From the human T2T-CHM13v2.0 reference genome, Homo sapiens, in assembly GCF_009914755.1 (NCBI RefSeq), contig NC_060928.1: a DNA stretch of 64,000 nt. One strand, 5' to 3'. Below the pieces are notes generated by a model. The model ran no database searches. It saw only the letters and a program-made list of their open reading frames with translations, and was not told the origin of the DNA. Each line of letters starts with the position of its first letter. The first letter of the stretch is position 1. The translations under genes and the position numbers were made by a program. Positions 18,584 through 32,879 of the stretch are shown piece by piece.

Positions 18584-19659
18584 GGAAGTTACAGAGTCCA
18601 TTAAGTCTATTTAAAGCATCAAAACTTTCTAAAGGAATATCTTAACAGTTGGTACCTTCTTATTTCACTGAGAACATCAATGCTGTTCTGAGAGAAGCCA
18701 GGGGATGAAAAAGGAACTTTTTCCCAGATGGAGAAGGCAATTCTATATAGGAAAGTCCCTCTCTCTTGTTGAAGTAAAATTCAGAAGCTCCTTGTTTTTT
18801 TTGGCGGGGGGTAGGGGGGTGGAATCATCAGTGGAAAATTTCTAAATGTTCAAGGTTATTTCATACTAAATTTCTCTTTTTCCTTGAGATTTGTTTTTCC
18901 CTTCTGTTAATTTTTTTGTTGCTAACATCACATAGGTCCTCAGTTGTATACTGTACTCAAAAGTTCTTTTCATCCTTTGATTCAAAGGCAAACAGTAATT
19001 TCCTCCTTTGGTGAAAGGCACAGCTGAAATCAGGGAGTATTTTCAGAGAAAACATTATAAATAAATAAATATATTTATATGTTGCCATGTGTTAAATATT
19101 ATATGTTATATAACATGCTATATATTGTATTTTATATATTGTATATGATATATAACTGATATAGGTGAGCATTTTTAGAAAAAATATAAATAAATATACA
19201 TCACATATTACATATATATACTATTTGAAATCATTGAAAAGAAATAAAGAAAGGCTAGAAAGAAATGAGCTTGCTAATTCTATACAGCGGTCTAGTCCTA
19301 CTATGAATTAGCATGCTTTCCAGAGTCACCCTGACCAACCCCCTATGACCAGTAAGGAGCCATCTACTGCCTATTTGTACATTTTATGGATGTGTCAAGT
19401 GCCTCATTTCCCAGTCCAAGTTTTACCTCCATATGTGAAATGACACTGATTCACATACAAGCACCAGCCTCTTAGGCACTGGATACATTTGTGCTTATCA
19501 AAGACAACAATTCTCTCACCCAGTTGCCATCCTGCTGCTCCCTCATCAGATTCATGAGGGACCTAAGTCTTTTTTCAAACCAAATGACCTAATGAATCCT
19601 CTTGCCTTTCCCACAAATTCAACCCCTTACATAGATTAATGGCCTTCCCCCTCGCCTCT

Positions 19660-20155
19660 AAGAATAATCATTAATCCTCTTCCCCAAACATTTCCAGCTC
19701 TCTGACTTGCGGGATATATGGTAAGATAGCATTTCCTGGCCGGCTTTTGTGGGCGGAGCAGTTTGACTAGTTCTGCCAAATGAATTGTGTTATATATCTT
19801 GGTGCCTTGTGTCAAACATGTTTTACAAAATATTGCCCAAGTATTTTATCAAACTTTTGTATAATTCATAATGAACTAAAGGTCAGACAAATACAGACAT
19901 TTCCTTATAAGACTTGAAGAACATTTAATGGTAGTTGAGGTTTTAAGGTCAATTGTGTCTTGTGTCTTTTGTTTTGTGTCTGATCAAAAGTGTCTTGATC
20001 CAGCAATGTCCAAGAAAGAGTGGCTCAAAGTGAAGACTGCTCAGAAAAGAACCCCTACCAAACCTACGATGGACTTGTCTTGTGAGTGAGAAATAACCCT
20101 ACTCTTTTATGCTACTGAGATTTTTAGTTTTGTTACTGAAGCATCATTTCGCTCA
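19660..20155 (+). mobile_element. Old MLT1-type LTR interrupted by a non-LTR insert (~19800-19990)
   Basis: 5' part tgactagttctgccaaatgaattgtg; 3' part tgtgagtgagaaataaccct...ctactgagatttttagttttgttactgaagca. Confidence 0.65.
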
Positions 20156-20295
20156 TCTACTGTAAAACCTCAACCACCATTACACGTTTTTCAAGTCTTA
20201 TAAGGGAACGTCTGTATTTGTCTGACCTTTAATTCATGATGAATTATACAAATGTTTGATAAAACACTTAGGACAATATTTTGTAAAATATGTTT
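19814..20295. repeat. Inverted repeat, arms 19814-19945 and 20163-20295, about 90% identical
   Basis: Manual alignment to the reverse complement: about 13 differences in 133 positions; 217-bp spacer. Confidence 0.95.
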
Positions 20296-22872
20296 CATAA
20301 AATAAAGTAGAGTTTTAAAAATAAAATTGCATGTAGATTTAAATTCTGATTAGTATATTAAGGCCCTGTAAATTCTACAGTAGACAAAGTCTGCCTGAAA
20401 GTCTAGCTCACATCTTCAGTTTCCCAGCCTTATTTTATCACCAAACTCTTTTTCCAGAGAATCTTAGAAACACCCACAGAGCACACTGATGGTTTAGAGA
20501 TAGTGACTGTGATGACTAGTCACTTCTGGCAGGAAGGGAATGCAATGGCTTGAGAAGAACACATAACACCTACAAATGCACCCTCATTCTCCTCCTTATA
20601 TTGATAATTCTACATATAGGCATTTATATTATCATTATTCTTTAAATCATACATATAATTACATGCCCCTTTTGAATATGAAGTATATATCACAGTTTTA
20701 AAAGGTTGTAAACACAGCATATTAGTGGAATTAGGGAAAGTGAAACACAAGAGAGCTATATTGCTGTCTTCACAGGGAAAAAGATATGGATATCAGCTTT
20801 AGAATAGTTCCTTATCAAGTTAATGGGGGTGAAAATACTTTCAAAATTATTAATGATAATAATGCATTATTATTTCACAATTTAAAGCAGGGATGTGTTA
20901 GATTTATCAATTATTCTAAAATATCTAAAGCATTGTGGAATGATCATAAAGGAAATGGCCTCAACATTTCTTTCATGGTATGTCATTATTAAATAATTTC
21001 CAATGAACTATTAATTTGAAACTTTTAGAATGTGTAAATTAAAATGTCTACGATTCTTCATAATATGTCAGTTGTGATTTCTAGGCTCTTTAGAAAATGT
21101 TATGGTTTTCATTTGGAAACTCTCTACATGTAAAATTTTGCTTCAGCAAAAAGTGTTAGTCTCATGACTTTAAAACATTTTATTCTTGTCAGGTGCAACT
21201 TGGACCTTAGGTCAATAAATTACACTTGCTTTGGTAGAAAACATGCCATTTCTTCCTTGATTAACATGTTTTCTTAAAGACTCCAACCAGCCACCTGTCT
21301 TCTTTGATATCTTTATAATACTGATTATTTTTCAACTTTACTTAGTGTTGAATGTGCTTTTGCTTTATCAATATGTATGTAAGTGGGTCTGTATAGTTCA
21401 ATGTAAAAGTGACAGACATATTTTCTGCATAGCTTGTCCTGCACATTTGTATAACTTTATAAAATCTACAGCAAAATCACTTACAATCCACATCAAGTTT
21501 CTCATCCATCCATGTTCTTCAAAATGTAAAGCTCCTAAGAGATCAGAAGAACTCCTTTAAAGGGCGGTGTAGCCTCTTAACTGTATTCATTTACATTTCC
21601 AAAGGGCATACTTCTTCATGCTGTACATCTGGTTCCCTCCGAGTAGAAAGGAGATTCCAGGGTTACAGAGCAGAGTGCACACCAGCTAATTCATGTTACT
21701 GATGGTCAGAACTCCTGTGGGGATGTGTTTCTCATTCTGACCTCGGCTCTTTCCTGTGGAAGACATACATTTTTCAAGAACTCATGGTATCAAGCTCTGT
21801 AAAATCATCATGAGAAGGTGGCATTGTCTTGCCTGCTTTACCAAACTTTATGTAGGTAACATGCATTAAAATATATACAAATAAAATTATAGTCTAAAGT
21901 TTTGTAAATATAATGCCTTTTGAAGCAGCAAAATATAGACTGTTCTTGTAAAGACTTAACAAAGGTAGAGTATGTTACATATTGAATATATTTGTAGCCT
22001 AATGAAGTTTTATTATCCATGAAGTTTATTCTTGTTGCATTATCAACATTAGGTTTTAAGGAAGACAAAACATTCTCCTTTAAAAAGTGTGGCCCTTGTC
22101 TATGACCAGTGAAAAAAGGTAGGAAGACCAGAAAAAGACCAAGGAACTTATCAAAATTTAGAATTTTATACGGTGGCTTCTATAGCTCTGTGTACATGAC
22201 TGCCGTTTAACTAAATGACGTAATACCCTTTCTGGAATAAGCTCACAAAAGAATAGGAGGATAATAAATGGTTGCTGCTAGTATAAATGTCTCTCCCTAG
22301 AAGAATCTACTAAAAAGGGTGAGGAATTAGTTGAGTGATGATGTGGTTTCAACATTTTTACCATGCCTAAATGACACTTGAAATAACAGAGTAGAAAGGA
22401 AGAGACCATGAGCATGGAAAGAAAAGAGAGAATTATGGATACAGGGTGTTTGGGCACGTGAGATTTTACATTACAGGAAAGAAAGTAGCGTATATGGATT
22501 TAGATCAAGATAGGTTAGTATATTTGCTGATGGGAGCAAGTGGAATTTAAGGAAACTATGACAGATCATAGCAGGAAATGACCTCATATGAAGGAGAGTT
22601 AACATACATTAGAGAATAATAACCTACCCAGAGATTTAATATAATACAATTATTTTAAGGCAATAATTGGTGGACAACACCAATTCTGATAACAGGTAAT
22701 TATAGGAAAAACATATATACGACAGAATCCACACTGAATCATCAAAGACAGAGACTCTTAATGAGTGAAAGAGACAGCAGTTACATCAAAAACATTAAAT
22801 AAATAAGTTAGAACATATTTCTCATCAAGAACAGTAGGAACTCAACCTGTTGAATAAAATTAAGTAGCAACT

Positions 22873-23146
22873 GGCTGAGCACGGTGGCTCACGCCTGTAA
22901 TCCTTTGGGAGGCTGAGGCAGGCAGATCGCTTGAGCCCAGGAGTTCAAAGCCAGCCTGGGCAACATGGTGAAACCCCATCTCCACCAAAACTACAAAAAA
23001 TGAGCTGAGCATGGTGGTGAGCGCCTGTAGTGCCAGCTACCTGGGGGACTGAGGTGGAAGGATCTTGAGCCGAGGGAGGTTGAAGCTGCAATGAGCTGAC
23101 ATTGTACAACTACACTCAAGCCTAGGTGACAAAGTGAGACCCTATC
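22873..23146 (+). mobile_element. AluJ
   Basis: J-type gcttgagcccaggagttc and ttgaagctgcaatgagc; TSD taagtagcaac. Confidence 0.92.
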
Positions 23147-23148
23147 GA

Positions 23149-23204
<56 letters not shown>

Positions 23205-23230
23205 AGAGAAGGAAGGAAAGAAAGAAAGAG

Positions 23231-23285
<55 letters not shown>

Positions 23286-23288
23286 AAA
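23147..23288 (+). repeat. Compound (GAAA)n microsatellite derived from the Alu tail
   Basis: two long GAAA runs separated by a GAGAAGGAAGG-type interruption. Confidence 0.97.
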
Positions 23289-23577
23289 TGTAAGTAGCAA
23301 CCACTGCCACCACTTCTTCTAGTCAATATTTTATTCATAGTGCCACAAAACAAGGAAAAGAAATTGGGGTAATGAAAAGAAGAGCCACAGTTGTCCTTAA
23401 TTACAATTTACATCACTATCTGTATAAAATTCATACAATTCTATAAATTATTAAAGCAAATAAACAAATTCAGCAAATTGCTATTATAATACCAAAATCA
23501 GAAATTCAATAGCTTTTCTATACGTCAGCAAGAACCAGGTAACAAATGTTATTTAAATAAAATACCTAATTCTCTAT

Positions 23578-23772
23578 CTGTTATACACTGAATGTTTGTG
23601 TTTCCCCATAATTCATATGTTGAAGTCCTAAGCCCCAACTTCCCAAAGTGATGATACTTGGAGGCAGAGCCCTTAGGAATAATTAAGTTTACATCAGGTC
23701 ATGTGCATGGGGCCCCATGATGGAATTAGTATCTTTGTAAGAAGAGGAAGAGAGACTCATCTCTCTCCCTGT
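23578..23772 (+). mobile_element. MLT1A-like LTR, 5' part
   Basis: tgttatacactgaatgtttgtg...attcatatgttgaagtcctaa...ggggccccatgatggaattagt. Confidence 0.8.
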
Positions 23773-24214
23773 GTGAAAGATTTCTTTGAAATAAAAAGGT
23801 TTTCCTATTATAACATATAGGCCATAGTGCACTAGGAAAATTGCTCTGTTTCATGCCACTCCAGGCTTTTAATGTATGCAGATGTGGTATGTGCACCTGT
23901 TAAAGTTTTGAGTATGAAAAAAGTGTTAGGGGAAACACAGAGATGTTAACATAAAGACATGATGTTACTGAGTCACAAATCAATGTTTAAAACAGCTTAC
24001 TTCCAGATTTCTTGTTATGTAAGAGAAGTTATTCCCTCTTATTTAAGAAACTATTATTTGGATACTATATTTATTTCATTCTATTGATTTATATCTGAAA
24101 TCATTCCTCTGATATAAAAGATATTCAAAATGCTTACATAAATGATGAATAACCTGTTCATAGGTAGTAAGATCCTGAACAGTATAGCAAAGTTAAATGT
24201 CTAACAACATCAAG

Positions 24215-24712
24215 TTTATTGAGTAATTTTATGTTGCATAACAAGCATCCCTAAACTCAGTGCTTTAAACAACTATCACTTGCTCACAGTACTGAGGATG
24301 AGCAATTTGGGCTATGCGCAGATAAGAAGTTCTGTTCTTCTTTGGGATCATTCAGGCAGTTGTGTTTATCTGATGGTTTGACTGGGGCTCAGTGATCCAA
24401 GGTGACCTTATTCAGATGTCTGGCAGTTGGCTGTGACATCCATTTTCTTCTTCACAAGTTATATCTTTCTCCAGCAAGGTAGGCTGGGATTCTTCACATA
24501 TGGTATATGGGTTCCAAATAGGAGAAGACAAAATCTGCAAGGTAATTCATGGAATAGGCTATGGAACTCACAGAATGTGATTTCCACCACATTCTACTGG
24601 TCAAAGTTTGTTATTAGCAAAGCAAGCCAAATTCAATAGATGGAAAATAGATTCTACCTCTTGAAGTGAGAAGCTACAATATGCTCTGGCCATGTTTTCA
24701 ATCTCTATCCAA
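24215..24712 (-). mobile_element. Old MLT1 LTR
   Basis: tgcataacaagcatccctaaactcagtg...ttccaccacattctactggtcaaag...tagattctacctcttga. Confidence 0.75.
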
Positions 24713-24719
24713 GTAATGG

Positions 24720-25430
24720 CAAGAATATGTGAAAATATTTAGAGATTATTGATAGTGTTGTAAAATGTTTGATAAATCCCAAGAAGCGTTTGGCAATATA
24801 CCTCAGGAATAAATATGCACATATCCTCCAAACCAGCAATTCCGCTTCCATGGAAGAACTCTAAAAAAACATTGCATATGTGTAAAGGAAAGCAAGTTTA
24901 AGGAGAAAATCACAGCATTGTCTGTAAATGGAAAAACGAGAAATCAATTTAAAGTCTGCCAAGTAGATACACACATTAGAGTACATGCATAAGCCAAAAA
25001 CTATATAGTAGTTAGTTGAAATGAATGAACTGCAGGCATATGTCCATAAGTATTAATTTTGGAAATTAAAATCTCTAATGAACAAACAAGTTACAAAAGA
25101 ATATGTATAGTATAATAGGACTTATTTAAACTTAAAAAGCCATATAATACTATATATTATTATGGGTGTATATGTACATTTGAATATGAAAAAATATACT
25201 GGGAAAAATGCACATAAGCTTCAGGATAATGTTTACCTCTGTGAATAGAAGAGTATGAAAGCAGTAGAGATTTCCACTGTGTTTAACGTGTTGCTTCTTA
25301 ATATATATCTAAAGCATTTTGCACAAATGTTATTATTCATAAAATCTATTTGATATGTACATTGATGTCTGTTATATTATCCTTTATAGCTCTTGCGTGC
25401 TTGAAATCTTTCAGAGTTAAGAGAATTTTA
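24720..25430 (+). mobile_element. Ancient L1 (L1ME-like) 3' region
   Basis: tttggcaata...ccagcaattccgcttc...cagcattgtctgtaa degenerate L1 3' motifs. Confidence 0.6.
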
Positions 25431-26154
25431 AGTGAAATATAATCCAGATTGTGTTTGCATAGAATATCTTCAGAAATTTATAAAACTAATTAGTACCAAT
25501 GGGTATCTTTGAGGAAGGGAATCAGAGAGTTAAAGGGTACATCAGGTAGAAAAGACTTTGCACTTTATACTTTTTGATACTCTTTTAATTTTTATACCAT
25601 GATCATGCGTTACGTTAAAAATATATTATTTCTCCATAATGAACATGCCTCGCTTGAAAACGTGAGATAAATCACACAACCTCTTGGCCATTCTTCAATT
25701 TGAATGACTTGGATGCTCCTCATTGTATATTCTTTGAGAGACCTCTGTCTGTCACCCTTATTCAATGAAAAACTTTCAGGTGGAGCCTCATTCCATTTAT
25801 GGTACACTTTTTTTGACCTTCCTGGGGCTGCTAGAAATTTTCTATTCTCGTAAGTCTGACAAGGCCACATTCATTCTGCCCTTTCACTCTCATTGTCATT
25901 TAAAGGTCAGATTGTGTCAAATCCGTGCTCATTTGTTTTACCATATGCTATTTGAAATTGCACAAGCCTGAAAATCCTGAAGCCCAGCACATAAAGAGAC
26001 AGTTGAAAACTTAAATATATATATATATATACACATAATTTTCATGAAACTCATATTCAAATATATATATATTCAATTTGATGTCAAGATAAAAATGAAA
26101 AATGGATATTTATTTCTTATTAAATAATTAATGTTAACACATTTTAAATGAGAT

Positions 26155-26467
26155 AGACTCATTCACTTATGTATTTAATAAATGTAGAGAGCCTCCTGTA
26201 TGCCAATCACTTTTCTTGGCATTAAGGAGACAGCACTGAACAAAAAACTAAGTTCTTTCCTTCATGCATCTTACATACTGTGGGGAAGAGACAGAAAACA
26301 ATTAAACCATTCTGTATGTCAGGTCATGATGAGAAACAGAGAAAAACACACCAGGATAAGGAGAATAAGAGAGAAAGGGAGATGGGAGGAGTTACTCTTT
26401 TACAAAAAATGGTGATCAGAGACTGTGCACTTTATGCACCAACATTTAAGCAAAGACCTAAGAAAGT

Positions 26468-26505
<38 letters not shown>

Positions 26506-26830
26506 TTCTGTGGAATCTTCCAGGCAGAAGAAACAGAATGTGCAATGGTCTTGGGGAGAAATGTGTTTCCTATACCCCTGGGACAGTAAATCTCATGACT
26601 GCAGTGTAGTGAGAGAAGGAAGAATGTAGCAAGATGTCAGAGAGTGGTAAGGGTTCATACCAAAACCTTGCGAGACACTTTGTAGAGACCTTTGTGTGTA
26701 TACTTTGGCTATTATGCTGAGGGGATTTCTGAGCAGTGAAACAGAGTGACAAGAAGAAAGGGTGGAAGCAGGAAGACTGGTGAAGAGGCAAGAGATGACA
26801 GTGACTGGAAATAATAAGATATTTGGGGGT
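26155..26830 (-). mobile_element. LINE-2 fragment with an internal A32 tract (26471-26502)
   Basis: ctcattcacttatgtatttaataaatg...gagacagcactgaacaaaa...ccaggcagaagaaacag. Confidence 0.75.
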
Positions 26831-27544
26831 AGAGGAAGAAATAATAACAAAAATCATGTATGATTATTTGAATTCTTCTATTATAGTATCTATGATAAAG
26901 TCCATTTTGATTGTACATAAATTGTGTTGAATGTATTTACTGTACTTTTATGACATATGAAATGTATACAATTTCAAGTTTATAATAAAATTATTTAGTT
27001 TGTCACTGTGTGACTTAAAGTATACAAAGTTTAAAATGTTTTAAGTCTAAATTATTGTGGCCATGAAGTGTGTCATGTCAGGGCCTTCACCACTTATTTG
27101 TCCCTATGTTAGAGAAGACCCAAAAGTTATTGGGGAGCACCATGACTGAGGTCATGAGTTTCAAGAGTTGGAATGGTCTACGCTGAATTGGGTGTTCGTT
27201 AGGGTTCTCAATATTCTATGAGAAATTGTCAACCCAACCCACTTGCTCCGATATTTGGTATTTGTTACAAAGCACCTGGCTCTGCACTTGACCAACAGCA
27301 ATGTAGAACTGTTGCAACCACCATACTTCACAGAATATGAGAGACAACTCACTCAATATCTCAAAAAAAAAAAAAAACTCAGCTGAAATGTAAAATGTAT
27401 GTTTATTAGAACTGCCTAAAAATCATGAAGTTAATACATACCTCCAGAACTACATTATAAATGAGAGCACCACCACATAATGATCTGATCTGAGGTATTT
27501 AGCAAATAAATTGTGTGAACACTTATATTCATGCAAATATGAGT

Positions 27545-27985
27545 AAGACTGATTATTTTCTCCCATCGTCAACTTTTCCCACCTTCCATCTAAATAGAAC
27601 ATTAGCTGAGCATATACTTCCTAAAATAAAGGCCATATTTATCAATCTCCTGTGCAGCTAAATGTGGCTAAGTGACTAAGTCCTGGTCATTCACATATAA
27701 ACAGAAGTGAGATGAGCAACTTTTAGCATGTACTCTGGAAAATAATTGGTAGGATTTCTGTTTTTCTCTTTCCACCTTCCTGTTGTCTTGAAGGTAGATA
27801 GGGTTGAATCTTTTTGAACAATGTGGATGAGGTCAACATCCTAGGGAGGGCCAAGCTAAAGAAAAATGGCATATAGGCAGAGGAGAGCAGCTTGGAATTT
27901 GGGGTAAGAGAAATAAATTCTGTCTTTTAGGAAACCATTTGGCGATTTCTGATAACAGCTGTTGAATTTATGTCCTAACTAATAT
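27545..27985 (+). mobile_element. Old MLT1 LTR
   Basis: gcagctaaatgtggctaagtgactaagtcctgg...agagaaataaattctgtctt...cagctg...cctaactaata. Confidence 0.6.
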
Positions 27986-28774
27986 AGAAAGATTTAATAT
28001 ACTTTGCATATATATTTAAAATACATCTTTTAAAAATTGTCATAAAAGAAAGTTACCTTTATCATAATACTGTTCACTTGTTTTCATCTTTAATTATGCT
28101 TGGTTCAGTAGTAGAATAAGTAGTGAAGTTACAAGGAAGACCACAATCACTCAAGGGATGCTGTTCCTGCACAGCGGCATTTTGCTGATGTATCATATAC
28201 TGTTAATGGTTGGATATCACACATTATTATTCCGTTGAAATAAACCCTTTTAATGTATTAAGGCTCAGTTTTTTCAATGTACTAGGAGCTCAAAGTTACA
28301 TGGCAAACAAAGCAGGCATAGTTCAAATCTCACAGAGCTTTTGGTTTAACAAAGACAATAGAAAACTTACAAACAATTTTAGGAATTGTGATACTCGCGA
28401 TGATGGAAGATTGACCTGGAACAATATCGGATACAATTCTCCTCATCTTATACTGTAGATGTGTCTTTGTGTGTATGTATATGTATATACATAAGGGTGG
28501 ACCCAGGGAAAGGCTTCCTGGGTCCTGCACAACAAGAATGACGTGTAGGTGTTAGGTGAAAAGAAGAAAGAAGACAGTCAAAGGTAGATCAAAGGGCCAA
28601 TACAAAAGGTATGAGATGAGATAGTATATGAAGAACTGAATTATAGAGTGTGAAGGTAGGAGTGGTGAGAAATAGGTTATAAAGAGGGAGGGAAAAGGTG
28701 TCACTGGGTGTTATAAGATATAGGAACAGGTTATAGTTTCTCCTTAAGTCCCATGACAAACTTAGTAGGAGAGA

Positions 28775-29636
<862 letters not shown>

Positions 29637-30224
29637 GTTAGACTGCAGAGTGGGTGATGGAAATTGGATTTTTGAAAGTTCACCTTTGGTTGCATGCCTG
29701 GATGGAGATGATATCTAAGGCATGAAGATCAATAAGTGGCTGTGACATTCAAGTTAGATATAATGGTGACCTAGACCTTGGTAGTGCTAACAAAGTTTGG
29801 AATAGTGAATGATTCAAGAACTTTTTACAAGATGGTATATACAAAACTTAATTACTAATTAGATGGATTGCAAGAAGGAAAGGGAGAGTTTCCGATGTTT
29901 AAAAAACTGGGTGAATGTACATGTGATTCAATTAGATCAGAAAAATGAGAAGAAACAGTTAAGAAGGAAAGATGATACGTATCCTTGGAAATGATAGGTT
30001 AGAGGTACCTGTGAATTGTGCTTATGCAGCTATTCGGAAAGGAGATAAATGTACATAAAGTTATACTGGTACTGATTTCATCATCCAGGTGCATATGAGT
30101 TGCAAGCAGTCAAATAAAGTCAACAGTGTTTTTTGTTTTTCAATCAAGTGAAATAGAAGGTTCATGGCAAGAGTGTTAAGTGTACTAAAAATAAAGCATA
30201 ATTTTTTAAAAAAATCATAGGATA

Positions 30225-30636
30225 TAATATGATTTGGATCTTCGTCCCCCATTCAAATCTCATGTTCAATTGTAATCCCCTCTGTTGGAGGTGGGGCCTG
30301 GTGGGAGGTGATTGAATCACGGGAGCAGATTTCTCATGAATGGTTTGGTACCATCATCTTGGTACTGTTATCACAATAGCAAATGAGTTATCACAAGATC
30401 TGGTCATTGAAAATTGTGTGGCACCTCTGCCTCCTTCACTCCTGATTTTACCATATGACATGAAAGGTCCAATTCACCTTCTGCCATGATTGTAAGCTTC
30501 CAGAGGGCTCCCAAGAAGTGGATGCCGCTAGGCTTCCTGTATAGGCTGCAGAACCATAAGCCAATTCAACCTATTTTCTTAAAAATTGTCGAGTCTCAGG
30601 TATTTTTTAATAGCAATGCAAGAACAGCCTAATATA
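30225..30636 (+). mobile_element. MaLR solo LTR (MST)
   Basis: atgatttggatc...aaatctcatg...gttggaggtggggcctggtgggaggtgatt...tagcaatgcaagaacagcctaata; TSD ggata. Confidence 0.9.
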
Positions 30637-30751
30637 GGATATGTGATACATTGAACAAGAAACTAAAATTGGTGATTTCAAGTAGATAGAGAAAAATAAG
30701 AGAACCATTGGTGAGCATGCCAATGAGTTTATGAGTTGATGTCATAAATAT

Positions 30752-31094
30752 CTAATGATACATCATCTAATGATGGAGATACACTTTGAGAAATGAGTCA
30801 TTATACAGTTTTGTTGTGTGAACATCAGAGTACATTTAAACAAACCTAGATGTTGTAGATCACTACACCTAGGCTATATAGTATAGCCTATTTCTCCCAG
30901 GCCACACACCTTCACAGCATGGTACTGCACTGAATAGTGTAGGCAACAGTAGCACAACCGTAAGTGTTTGTGTATCTAAACCTACGTAAACATAGAAATG
31001 GTTCAGCAAAAATATGTAATATGGTCTCATGGGACCATCGTAGTATATGCAGTCCATCATTGACTGAAACATAATTATGTGATGCATGACTATA
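30752..31094. mobile_element. Tigger3a/Golem-type MITE
   Basis: tgagaaatg...caaacctagatg...ctacacctaggctatatagtatagcctatt...cttacagcatg-type core; end atgcatgactata. Confidence 0.82.
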
Positions 31095-32823
31095 GTGGAG
31101 AGGTAGATTAGGAAGGAGACTAAACTGCTCTCTGCAATTGGGATTACAATTATTTTGTTAATTTAAGAGGTGGGGAAATTCCAGCTACACTTATGTTTAA
31201 GGATCACAGCCATACATGTAGGTGGCTGTTATGAAGTGGAAGAAAAGATAATTTGACATAAAGAGATTAAAAACTAAGAGATGAAGATGTTGGGTAAATC
31301 TTACCCAACATAACGGCAGGACTTGGCAGGAAAAGAAAGACTGGAAGCCAGATACTTATGCTTTCAGCGAGCGGGGAGTGAGCAGGCACTCACAGGATGG
31401 CAGCCTGGAGAGGTATTAAGGCTGATGCAAAAAAGCAATTACATTTACATGAAGGTGAAGAAGTAATCATTTAGATTAAACATAGAGGTTACAAGGCCAT
31501 TGACTACACATCACAAAACAGTTTCTAGAAGAGTCTTTTCTCAAGAAAGTCACAGAAAGCATTATCCTCAGAGAAGAGTCACATTCCAGAGTGCATGATA
31601 GAGAAGTGGTGATAGGAAAAGTAAGAGTTTAAGTTTAAGAAAAAATACTATCTTCAGACTAAAGGGTTCAGAAGGAGGAACGGATAACCCCTCCAAAATT
31701 TCATTTTGATCAGTGAACAAGGATAACAGAGATTTGGCATATTGTATTACATTTCAAGGTTGTAAAAAGAGAAAACTTAGAACCTGTGAGTTCCCTATAC
31801 TATTGGTGTCTTCAGGTAACATCAGAGAATAATATATGGAGAAGAAAATCCAAGAAACTATATGAAAATCTCTGAGATAGGCATCCTTTCTCTGAATTTT
31901 TTGGATTTGTGTTTATCATAAAGTCCCATGCAGTGTTGCCAGTCTCTCCTTGTCATCAGTCAATTCAGGACATAGCTACCAAGGCATTCTCCATTATTGT
32001 TTATATCTTGTCCTTAACCCACTCAAAAGCAGTCACTATCACCCCACAGACAAGATATGATAAAACTTTAAATGTCCTAACTAGGCTGCCTGTGATTCAG
32101 CCAAAGAGTTCGGCACTTGCTATGAGTTGGGGAAAACCAAAGACAGAGGAAAACAAAATGTCACTTGGGTCCCCTTTGAGTGTGATGGAATGGACGAGAT
32201 GAATCATTTGCTTGTATAGCAGAAGTAATTACAGACATTTGTAACAATGTATAACAATGAGGTTTTCCATCATGTCATATCAACAGTTAGGTCTTCAGTT
32301 GAAAAGGGAGCAAATTATTGCATGATCATCTTCATCTTGTTGGTATGCAACAGGGGGTTAATGCTCAGACTCCCTTTCATATGTTGGGAACATCCGTAGG
32401 AAAGGCAGCTGGCAGTATGGCAGACCACAGAGAAGTGCAATAAAGTTTTAGTTTCAATCCATGTGAGATTAGAGATGTCAACCAAATGTTTGCTATTAAT
32501 CTATACTGCCTGATTTGCATCTTACTGTACCACATGTTAGTGTTTTTCCAAATTGCCATTGAATGAATATGATAATTTGATATTTATTGAATTTCAGCAG
32601 TGAACTCGACAACATGCAGGACATAATAATGGAGAGATTTCATGGGCAGAGACCTTAGACAGTGCTGAAAAGCAAGCGGGAAAGTGGGCATGAATGCTGA
32701 TGCGAAACTTAATTGGAAATTATTCATTTTATTGTCCTGTAATAAACTTGAAGAGTGCACATTAAAATAAAGAACAGAAGTGGTTTGAAGAAGAATTTAA
32801 AGATTTTAAAAAATGACATTTGT

Positions 32824-32879
32824 TTTTTGTTCTTGTGATAGTTTACTGAGAATGATGATTTCCAATTTCATCAATAAAA
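32824..32879. mobile_element. Micro L1 insertion: ~49-bp antisense piece of young L1PA plus sense aataaa/polyA, TSD-flanked
   Basis: tttttgttcttgtgatagtttactgagaatgatgatttccaatttcatc; TSD aaaaaatgacatttgt / aaaaaatgacgtttgt. Confidence 0.88.

Noticed and set aside
19040-19225. AT/TA-rich low-complexity stretch
   Set aside because: Degenerate (TA)-rich sequence with no further structure.
22991-23353. FLSF/KERK repeat ORFs, and similar ORFs at 52558-53049
   Set aside because: Stop-free read-through of microsatellites.
26471-26502. A32 tract as a possible processed-pseudogene tail
   Set aside because: Lies within an L2 remnant with no upstream mRNA-like body and no convincing TSD.
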